64,000 bases of DNA, taken from NCBI RefSeq assembly GCF_000315625.1, contig NW_005434644.1, forward strand, positions 316,973 through 380,972, in the 5' to 3' direction. The translations under genes and the position numbers were made by a program. The notes beneath the pieces were generated by a model. It did not search any database and was not told where the DNA came from. It saw only the letters and a list, made by a program, of their open reading frames with translations. Shown here piece after piece: positions 54,215 to 64,000 of this stretch (position 1 is its first letter; the number at the start of each line of letters is the position of its first letter). The stretch is from Guillardia theta CCMP2712. Lineage: Eukaryota > Protista > Cryptophyta.

Positions 54215-56863
54215 ATGTCGACTCCCGTCATGGTGATGAGTAAGTGTGCATGAAGCTGAGCTGCGTTGGTTAACACGTCGTTGCAGACGAAGGAACGAAG
54301 AGGGAGACCGGGAGGAATGCGCAGACAGCGAACATAGCAGCGGCGAAGGCAGGGATGCATGGGCACAGTGACATGTGATGTGACGTACTAACAGGCTGTG
54401 GCGGATATCATACGCACCACCCTGGGGCCGAAGTCCATGTTGAAGATGTTGTTGGATCCCATGGGAGGAATCGGTTTGTGCTCGGAGCTCGTGGTGCGAC
54501 TGGAGATGACGGTCTGTGTAGTGATGACGAACGACGGACATGCCATTCTCCGAGAGATCGACGTGAAACATCCCGCAGCTAAGAGCATGATTGAGCTCAG
54601 CAGAGCGCAAGACGAGGAGGTGGATCGGATGAAAGCTGTTAATGTTTTCACTCAAAGGCCCCCTTGCTAGGTTGGAGATGGGACTACTTCCGTCATCATC
54701 CTTGCAGGAGAGATGCTTCATGTTGCCGAGCCTCTCTTGGAGAGGAAGATTCATCCCAGCGTCATCACACAGGCAAGAAGCTCTCGAGCCTGTCCAACCT
54801 CGCAAGTCTAACCGGAACTCCCTCAGTCTTACTTCATGGCCCTCAATGCCGCATTGGCTCATGCAGAGAAGATGTCGTTTCCAGTCGATCTGAACGACAG
54901 GGAGGTGCTGACGAAGATCGTGTCAACGTATCAAACTCTCACTGCTGTACGCGACGCTGCCTCTGACTTTCCTTCCCCAAGGTGCGTGGGGACCAAGTAC
55001 ACCAACAGGTTCGGCCGCCTCATGATCGACCTGGCCATGGATGCCATCACGACGGTCATGGTCGACTCCGATGGAAGGAAGGAGATCGATGTGAAGCGAT
55101 ACGCCAAGATCGAGAAGATTCCTGGGGGTGACATCGAGGATAGCAGAGTGAGCACCCGCACGTAACCGACGCCCAGAGCTGATTGAGGTCCAGGTTCTGA
55201 GCGGCGTTATGATCAACAAGGATATCATCCATCCTAAGATGAAGAGGAAGATCCGTAACCCGCGCGTCGTCCTTCTTGACTGCCCGCTCGAGTACTCCCT
55301 CGCCGCATCGAGTTGGGCCTCCTTGTAACCTTGGGGCAGATACAAGAAGGGAGAGAGTCAGACCAACATCGAGGTCACCCAGGAAGGCGACTGGGAAGCC
55401 ATCTTGAAGGCCGAAGAAGACTGGATCAAGGCGACCGTGGACGATGTGAGTTCATGATAGTCAAGTCTCTGGGGTGCTGACGGGTCTGCAGATTCTTGCA
55501 GTAAAGCCTGACGTAGTCATCACCGAGAAGGGAATCTCGGATCTTGCTCAGCACTACCTCGTGAAGGTGGAGAAGAGCCAGGGCGATACCAGAGCCTGCT
55601 GACGTCTGTTGGTAGGCTGGAGTGACGGCCCTGAGGAGGATGAGGAAGACAGACAACAATCGCATCGCCAAAGTGACAGGAGCGACCATCCTCAACAGGC
55701 CGAGCGAACTGCAAGAGAGCCACGTGGGAACTCAGTGTGGTGTCTTCCAAGTCGAGAAGATCGGCGATGAATACTTCTCCTTCTTCGTCGACTGTGAGAA
55801 GCCGAAGGCCTGCACCATCCTCCTTCGAGGCCCGAGCAAGGATGTCCTCAACGAAGTGCGCACATCTCCTTCCTCCCGCCTTTCTCTCCCTGGACTCCTC
55901 CTTCTCACTCCTTCTCCTCCTCTTCCCCTCCTCCATCCTACTTGATCTTCTTCCTGTCAACACTTTCAAGCTGCTATCCATCGTTTCACTTCTTCCTCGC
56001 CCCCATTCCGTTCTCGTTTTCCTCTCGCTCCCTATCCCTGCCTGCCCATTCTATGTTCATGGCTCTCTAACTCTCTCTGTCAGATTGAGAGAAACCTTCA
56101 TGATTGCCTCGGGGTCGCTCGTAACGTCGCCTTGGAACCCAAGCTCCTACCAGGTGATCCCCATGTGGCTTCTGCTTGTCCGACTGATCCTCCGGTCCCC
56201 GCAGGAGGAGGCGCTGTGGAGATGTCGATCGCTGCTCACCTGCGCAGAGACGCTGCAGCGATCCAGGCGAGGCTGGTCAGGGTGAGAGGATGACGGGCGT
56301 GACGCTTTCGGCAGGGGATCCAGAAGTGGCCCTTCGAGGTCGTGGCGGATGCTCTTGAGGTCATTCCCAGGACTCTTGCCCAGAACTGCGGAGCAGACGT
56401 TGTGCGGCGCATGACTGAGCTGCGTGCAAAGCACAGCAGCCAGGATGAGTACAGCACCTGGGGGATCAATGGCGAGACAGGACAGGTGGGAGCGAGGTGA
56501 AGGCCGGCAGCGTCTGACCTTGTTGCTCGCTGCAGCTGGCAGACATGAAGGAGCTGGGTATCTGGGAGCCATTTGTCGTCAAGAGCCAGGGACTTAAGAC
56601 CGCCGTAGAGTCATCATGCATGCTCCTGAGGTGCTGCGCTCGCCTGCTGCCCTTCCTGTTCGTTTTTCGCTTTCCTTCCTGTGTCGCATCTTGCCAGCCC
56701 TTCGCAGCTTGACGCTTGTGCTCGCAGGATTGACGATGTCGTGGCTGGCGCGAAGAAGGCTTCGGGCAAGAACCGATCGGGTGGAGGAAGAGGAGGAGAA
56801 GGAGGCGGGGACGAAGGGGAAGATGGACCACAGGGACCGGATGAGGATGACAGGATGGGCTAA
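54215..56863 (+). CDS. CCT3: T-complex protein 1 gamma (chaperonin CCT subunit 3), multi-exon
   Basis: [118 protein letters not shown]. Confidence 0.96.
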
Positions 56864-58337
56864 ACGGAGATGAAGGAGGCGCACAGGCTACCGCCGCCTT
56901 CATTGAGTGATGTTGACGACCCGACTGTTCGGATCGGATGGGCCCAGACTGGCAGGTCAGGGAGGCCCTGGCACTTGCTCAAGTTCGGGTACACTGTCGG
57001 TCACAGTGAGGTGCTTGACAGTGAAGGTTGCCACCGGACTTGCGACTCTGATGTAATGAAAGTTAGCCGTAAGAATAGTGTGACTCCGCTTGGCAAGTTG
57101 GGACGCCCATTCTGATTGCTGCCGCGACTGTGCAGTATCACAGCCTGAGGTTCGAAGACTCGGCCTGCCGCCGCCGTAGCCTACTCGGAGTACTAGCGGC
57201 CCCGGCGCCGGCAAACGGTACCGTGTGCTCGTTTACTCAAAGTTAAGTGCTCCCGGCGCTGAGGCTCAGTCAGACCGTCTCTCACGGTCCCGGCCGGCGA
57301 TCCGACGGGCCGCCGGGGCCCCGGGGCCTCGGACGGCCGACTTTTTGACTTCGGAGTATTTGCAGGCGCAAAATTAAGTAAAACATCTCACCGTGACTGC
57401 CGGAGAGCCGACGGTCCGGCGAGGCTCTCCGAAGGAGTCCCAGGCACGCCTGTTCACAACAAAAAAACCTTGGTCATGAATATTTGTTCTAAAATTTGAA
57501 ATGTTGAGTATTCTTTCGAATATCCATTGAAATAATTTTTCAAACCATTTTTGTTTGTTTAGAGGGGATTTCTCAACCCACCCCTCTGGCCGAAGTAATC
57601 CTGCCACCACTACCCCCTGAATTCCCATACTTTACCACTAGATTTGGTACCACATGCTGTCCTGGACCCACCCACAAGACATATGATGTTCTGCCTCTTA
57701 CAACGTGACGTCGCATGACTTTGAGATAGTCACGTTACCGAGAAGGCTCTCCAAAGGCTAGTCACGTTACTGACTGCGTTCCTGTACCCCCTTCTTTCCC
57801 ACAGTGAGATAGGTAGGGTCAGCAAGTGCCAGATCAGGATGCATTTATTCCCCAGTACCTACCCCTACATAATAGCATCAAGTACCCTAGCTAAAGGAAC
57901 ATATCAAAACTACCCGTTCTCGGAATATATAACCCTATTCTACCCACCATTTTCCATGCAAAATCATATGTTTGTACCTAGGGGGTAGTAACCCCCACCT
58001 ACTCCATATCCGCAGATAGTGCACGCGTATCTCAAAATACTATCCTACCCCCCTTTTTACCTTTGACCACCCCAACGTCTGAGCTGCCCCTGATGAATCG
58101 CTGCCAGACACATCTACAACCCACCTCTTGTGCCAGCAGCGTCTCCTGTCCCCTTGATCGCTTCCCTTTCTTGTGTCTCTCCTGTCGATTCTCCTCATCG
58201 TTCCCACCTTAGCCCCTCGTTCTGCATCAACACCAGTGACAGCTCATTTTCCTTGCTCTCTTCGAGCCCTTTGGTACCACTTGAGCTTGCTTGGTTTCTT
58301 CCCATTGGAGGAGTCGCTGATCGAGTGCATGAATTAA

Positions 58338-58826
58338 TTGGAGATGCCGACCAGATTGTTGAGCAAGCTTGAATCTTTGTTCTCCGAAGAAAGCAATTTC
58401 AGCAGAAGGGTCGCAAATGAGAGCAGACTGAAACTCTCTCCCGCAAGCAAAGGATGTCACTTCGGAACAGTTGTCCTGGAAGCATGCGAACCATTTTTCG
58501 TACTCAGTCAAGATGGACACGCGGCATCTATTCTTGGTAGATGTTCCTCTGACATGATGGGGAAAATGTTGAAGTCACTTGAACTGGAGGCTGGTCTTGA
58601 TACCAATCTCCCTGCCGCGGCATGGGAATGTTTGAGGGCAAAGCGTATGACCTATCGAATAGCTAAGCGTAAACACGATCATAGCGGCCTTCTGATGGTT
58701 TTCATGTTTGATGATTCGGGCAAACGACCATGTGTAAGAATGTTCATGCAGCGCCTCGATGGTGTTCGAGATTACGACGCAATCTCTCAAAGATTGCATA
58801 ACATTTGCTTAGAAATCAGCAAGTAG
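58338..58826 (+). CDS. Hypothetical protein with PAS-like segment
   Basis: 162-aa ORF (non-ATG start in the track; true start unclear) containing VVLEACEPFFVLSQDGHAASILGRCSSDMMGKMLKSL, similar to the neighbouring gene. Confidence 0.5.
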   Translation: MEMPTRLLSKLESLFSEESNFSRRVANESRLKLSPASKGCHFGTVVLEACEPFFVLSQDGHAASILGRCSSDMMGKMLKSLELEAGLDTNLPAAAWECLRAKRMTYRIAKRKHDHSGLLMVFMFDDSGKRPCVRMFMQRLDGVRDYDAISQRLHNICLEISK

Positions 58827-59097
58827 ACCTGGTTGTTGAGATGGACGATGATTTTGTATTATTTTCTTCAGTCTCTGCAGAACATGTAAATAAATGTGAA
58901 GTTTACTTTGATGAAGCGCATGGTTTGAGAGCTTGGTGCTGGACTCAAAGAAAGATTTAAGGTGAACATTTCAAGTGAGCAAGATTCTACCAGTTGGTAT
59001 CATGCAAATGTTTATATTCGACTGGTTGCAAACAATCAATTTCACATATCTTAACGATCTAAAATACATGACAACTAACCACACTAAATAGACAGCT

Positions 59098-60090
59098 TCA
59101 GCTCGGATTCTCAGAATTCTCGGGGCAGAAATCCGTGAGCTTGCCCTTCTTGCTTGTCATCTCTTGGGACAAATTGAAGATCGATTCGAGGTTTCCACGC
59201 AAACTAGCCATCTCGTCCTCAGATACTTCGAGATCCTTGTCGGCAGCACTGTCCATGTTTGAAGAAATGCTCTGGAGACGAAAGAATTCGGCACTTTGGA
59301 CCAGACTAACCTCAGGCAGCCGCTGAGGCTCTGAGTACTCCAGGTTTGTCGGATAGATCAGGACCTCAATCCTTTCGTTGCCAGTTGTGCAAATGAATTT
59401 CTCAAGCGCCAGAATCAAGATTTGAGCTTTCTTTGGAACGCGCATGGTCACAAGAGTCGATCTGCCCGTCCTTGCTGCATGTAGCATAGCTCTGCACAAC
59501 TTGAGTTTTTTGTCGCAGCCCCAATCGATCGAGCGGAGCATTCTGCCAGTAATCGCAGAAGAGCTCTTATTGAGCAGTGCCGCTGCTGGGCCGTCACTGG
59601 AGATGACGAAGTATGGTTCCTTGGGCTCAACCACCAGCCTACCCTTCTTTTGTACGAAACTGACAGGAAGCTGACTAACAACCTCCCTGAGACGTTCCTG
59701 AATAGTGTCTTCAAGCTCGAAATCGTCCACAGAGCATAGGAAACGGGAGATGCTGCATGTGAGAGGTGATGGAGTAGAAAGGATGCTGTTGTCCGAGTCT
59801 CCTGGTCCAATCGGCGAGGTCAGGGATGTAGGAGTGTTCTGCGCAGCCATATTCCCTCCATAAGACCTTTTCAAATTTCGACGCGGCTCATCACCAACCG
59901 GGCTACTGCACGTTAGAGATGACTCGGTGGGAACGGTGTATGCCTTTTCCTGTGGACCCGCCACTGCTGCTGCTGCATCCAACTCGCCATCCTTGGTTTC
60001 ATTTGCGTTATTCTCCAAAATTTCGCCTATCACAAACTTCTTCGACGCGTAAGCAGCTACGAGGGATGGATCCATGTCCGTTGCTGTCAT
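59098..60090 (-). CDS. Hypothetical protein with PAS-like segment
   Basis: Intronless 330-aa ORF containing LVVEPKEPYFVISSDGPAAALLNKSSSAITGRMLRSI. Confidence 0.65.
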   Translation of the reverse strand: MTATDMDPSLVAAYASKKFVIGEILENNANETKDGELDAAAAVAGPQEKAYTVPTESSLTCSSPVGDEPRRNLKRSYGGNMAAQNTPTSLTSPIGPGDSDNSILSTPSPLTCSISRFLCSVDDFELEDTIQERLREVVSQLPVSFVQKKGRLVVEPKEPYFVISSDGPAAALLNKSSSAITGRMLRSIDWGCDKKLKLCRAMLHAARTGRSTLVTMRVPKKAQILILALEKFICTTGNERIEVLIYPTNLEYSEPQRLPEVSLVQSAEFFRLQSISSNMDSAADKDLEVSEDEMASLRGNLESIFNLSQEMTSKKGKLTDFCPENSENPS

Positions 60091-60913
60091 AGAATACTTG
60101 AGGGTATTTCTGATACGTGAGAAAGGGTTACAATCTCAGTATCCGATGAAATTGCTCTAGTATCACTGGTTTCCTGTGCTCTTTTATGAGCGTGTATCCT
60201 TGCTTGTCTCTACCGCTTTGCCTCTGTTGAGCGCTACCTGACCGTCCGTAATTCTCTTGCCGATTTGCTGGCAGCTGAATGGGTTTGCTTCTCTCTAAAC
60301 GCCAGCCTCTGCAATTGCCAGCCTTTGAACCACTCTTCCGACTGTCTTCTGATGGTCTCGACGCTTCTAGAGTCAGCTGTCTGGGTTGAGTACCCCTACC
60401 CCTATCATTCCAGAATTTTACATCATGTTTTCTGGGCTGGGTACCATACCTGTCGCCATAGCTGCAAAAATGCAGGATCTGACATGTCAGCATTTTGACG
60501 AAAAGGAGTTGTTTCTGATCTCAGAAATTTCGAGAAGGTCAGAGGCATCCAAGACCTTGTGATTGGGATGTCTTACAAGGAATTGTAGCAGGTTGGGGGT
60601 GGGTGATAGATATAAGACTTGGGGGTGGTATTGACTCCCCATAATTTTGTGGGGGTGGATGTCTTTAAAACGTTTTACCTGTCCGACCCCCCACGCTGAC
60701 ATTTATTAGTAGCAGGGTAACTTTGAGTAAAAGCAGGGATGTGGTACTCTTTTCAGTTTTTACTACGGATTGTGATATGACTGGTACCATGAAGGGGCCG
60801 GGTGCCACTGTGACTGATCGGACGGTCACGGCGTGGCGTCAGCGACAGCGCCCGGCCGGGCGCCGCCGCGCCCCGGCCGGGCCCCTGAAATTACACTCAG
60901 TAACTGTGACTGA

Positions 60914-61240
60914 GACGGAATACAAGTTTGTTAGACTTGTACTAGTCCAAAGTCACGCAGATGTGATGGCACATCGACCTTAGTTGTAACAAGACAGTTT
61001 TTGCTCAAGACCGAGTTTAATGCACACAAAAACAGAATTGAGGAGCACATGAGAGATAGACTGTATGCTAGGATGTGAAACCCAAGCATCCAGACATGAG
61101 AGGACCTTAGCAAGACGGCTAGGAAAGTCCCCTCTTCATTCCATGTACTACATGCCGCCTCGCCACGTAAGTCGTCTTGGTTTACAGGAGAGTTTTTGTT
61201 AACTCGGCGCTATCTGACTGGCACGGCTGGCATACGTTCC
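60914..61240 (+). repeat. Direct repeat copy 1 (327 bp)
   Basis: GACGGAATACAAG...GCATACGTTCC; matches 62136-62457 apart from a 5-bp indel. Confidence 0.95.
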
Positions 61241-62135
61241 GAGCCATCCTCCCCCCGAGTTTCTGAAATAGTACGTTACATCGGACGTCAGAAAGTCACA
61301 CAAACAAGAATGTCAGCAGATCCAAGTCAAGATACGATGATACAACGTCAAGTTCACAGTCAAGCTGAGCGGGCAATAACCATTCAAGGATTGTCCATTC
61401 TGAAGAAGATTTTCATGCAGGGCTATTAGATGTGCAGTGCAGAGATAAGGGAGATGCCTGGCGAGCTGATGCAATGACGAGAGAAGGAGGATAAGATAAG
61501 AGAGTCTGAGGAGAGAACTTCGGAGTTCAGATAACAGAGAGAGAGCCTGAGAGAGAGAGAGAGAGCGTGCACGCCGGCATTTGAAGACCAAAAGATAAAT
61601 TTTGAACCGTAAAGAACTTGTCGGACCAGAGATTGCTGCCGCGAGATGGAACATCCGTTTCAAGGTATTCGAAGATTGTTGTTGTGCAGTTGTACCTTGT
61701 TCGCCGATCCAGAAGTAGCTCCAGTTATGCATGCCACAGCCTAGCTCCATGACATGAAAACTTCCGCCAGATCTCCTGGTAGTTCCATTTGATCCTACTC
61801 AAAGATCAAGAAAAATAAGAATCGAATCAGCTTCAAGTGCGTTTCCACACGGTTAAGCAGATATTCGACCGACCAATCTGGCTGGGGAAAGGCTTGTTTT
61901 TCCTATTCGAAGATCAATCAAACAAATTGAGGCTGAGATGAGAGGCCGCCTAAACAACTTGCGGCTAGAAAGAGAGCCTGATTGAAGAGAGGAGTCATCC
62001 GAATTTGTAAGGCTTGAATTGCATGAATTTTCGACAGTAACGAAACGATACCAAGAAAGAAAAAACTCCAGTAAACAATTCAACTAACCAAATATAAGAT
62101 CAACATGATTGAGCATGTAATCGAGGCTCATAACC

Positions 62136-62457
62136 GACGGAATACAAGTTTGTTAGACTTGTACTAGTCCAAAGTCACGCAGATGTCACATCGACCTTAG
62201 TTGTAACAAGACAGTTTTTGCTCAAGACCGAGTTTAATGCACACAAAAACAGAATTGAGGAGCACATGAGAGATAGACTGTATGCTAGGATGTGAAACCC
62301 AAGCATCCAGACATGAGAGGACCTTAGCAAGACGGCTAGGAAAGTCCCCTCTTCATTCCATGTACTACATGCCGCCTCGCCACGTAAGTCGTCTTGGTTT
62401 ACAGGAGAGTTTTTGTTAACTCGGCGCTATCTGACTGGCACGGCTGGCATACGTTCC
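62136..62457 (+). repeat. Direct repeat copy 2 (322 bp)
   Basis: Matches copy 1 but lacks GATGG. Confidence 0.95.
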
Positions 62458-63245
62458 ATCGGACTGTGATCGGATCGTGCCAGGTGACTCCGGCGGACGG
62501 GCCGGGCCGACCCGGTGAGACTCTCAGAAGTCGGAGAAGAGCCAGATAGCCTGCCTCAGTCCTGTCCGGCCCCCGGCGTCGGCCAGTGACTCAGTGACTC
62601 GTGACGGCAGTGCTCTCGGCCTCGCGGCCGCGCCCGGGCCGGCGGCCGCCGGCAGGCGGCCCGGGGGCTGCAGCCCGGGCCCAGGCCGCTGAGACTCAGT
62701 GATGGGTCGCCGGGGACGGGGCCTCGCCGCCCACTGTAGTATCGGTGATCAAGTTGGGAAACTTGACCCGGCTCAGCCTCCAGGCTCGGAGTTTCCCGTG
62801 GCAACTTTCATGTTGAAACCAGGCTCAGACAGGCTCTGTGTGCGGCCGGGTCGGGCCACATAACTTTGAGTAAAGAAGCCAGTGACGGACGAACTTCCAA
62901 GTTCCGAAGTTGGCACTGCTTCAATGTAGTAATAACTCGTACTGATCTTTAACTTAGCTTTGACTCGAATAACTAGTAGTCAGCCTGTGTGAGCGAGGCT
63001 GGCAGTGGGGCCCGGCGGCGGCCGGCCGGGCGTACCACGGTAGTACGGTAGCGGGCTACCGTACCGGGTCCGCCCGGGCCGACCTGCCACTCAAAGGGCC
63101 CCGGGGGTGCCCCAGCGTCCGTTAAAATGCAGCCTTAGACCGCCAGCATCATCGTCCTCAGTTGCGGCAGTGCAGACTCAGACCAAGAAGCGTTGCAGTC
63201 GCTGAGGGGCTGAAGGGGCCGCCGAGCCTGGGAGACGAACCACTG

Positions 63246-64000
63246 ATGACAAACTCGAGGCCTCTAGTTGCTCCTCGGCCATTCAGCGTCGAACTACCTG
63301 AAGTAGAAGATCGCCATCATGTCGACCGACCGCGCAGTGTTCCCCCACACCTCAGCTCGAGTTGTGGCATGGATGTGAGCCTGAAACTTGCTGGGCCTGA
63401 TATTGAAGGTGTATTTGACCAAAGCTGACAGGACTCTACATCCCAAGCTAGGTCATCAACGCCTGCTCCTGGCTTGTCCAGAACACGGCTGCGAAGACAA
63501 AACCCGAGATCAAGCTCTTCGAGCAACTTCTACATACCGGAAGGCTCTGACGCTCCTGTGAAGTCGGGGGACGAGATAAGGAAGATGATCGATCCTAATT
63601 TCAAGATCAAGCATCAGAAGGAGGTGAGGGCTCGATAGGTAAACAAGATCCACGGTGACTCGCAACATTGGTCAGGTGCTTGAAAGGACCAACTTCTACT
63701 TGGATCAGACCTTCGAAAAGACCATCGAGTCCTACAAGACCGAGTACTTTGAGCTTGACCTCTCCAGTCGCCCTCTCGAGTCGATTCCTCTGAAATGCGC
63801 GAGGATCACCTTCCAAGTGCTCATGGGATCATGCGAGGTCTTTCTGTCCATGAGCGATCATGCCGAGTACCCGTCACGAGAGCAGCACGACTGGGCGCTG
63901 CCCCCTGTAGATCTCTACGACGGCTCCGGAAGGATGGATGAAGTCATAACGCTGATCATAACGCCAGTAGATAAGGCATACGCGAGTTCTAAGGCGAGGA
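63246..64000 (+). CDS. Hypothetical multi-exon protein, runs off window end
   Basis: Exon-like segments NFYIPEGSDAPVKSGDEIRKMIDPNFKIKHQKE|GT..AG|VLERTNFYLDQTFEK and HDWALPPVDLYDGSGRMDEVITLIITPVDK. Confidence 0.45.

Overview
Eukaryotic, gene-dense nuclear DNA with short (~50-60 nt) spliceosomal introns, many introns filled with microsatellites, and two 100-N gaps. ASAFAP-type plastid presequences, a Zn2Cys6 factor and ciliary genes suggest a cryptophyte such as Guillardia theta (inference). The highlight is an AT-rich ~2.7 kb insertion (about 399-3106) encoding a Fanzor, a eukaryotic TnpB-like RNA-guided RuvC nuclease. The ORF track splits it, but it rebuilds to about 666 aa across a 4-bp frameshift and a 61-nt intron. 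It has an N-terminal NLS, TTAA flanks, short imperfect terminal inverted repeats and a hairpin-rich candidate omegaRNA at its right end. Fanzors are a known family; whether this locus has been described cannot be judged here. Host genes: an EF-hand remnant, WDR93-like, a bacterial-type HNH nuclease, a mitochondrial carrier, a kinase, a TPR-PX protein, a cyclin, FKBP, a Zn2Cys6 factor, a thioredoxin, a WW plus 7xSPRY protein, TMEM67/MKS3, a PDZ-coiled-coil-PDZ protein, CCT3 and two PAS-like paralogues. Also seen: a ~325-bp direct-repeat element, a recurring 14-18 bp intergenic motif and a possible CCGG micro-insertion signature. Multi-exon gene spans were read by eye and are approximate.
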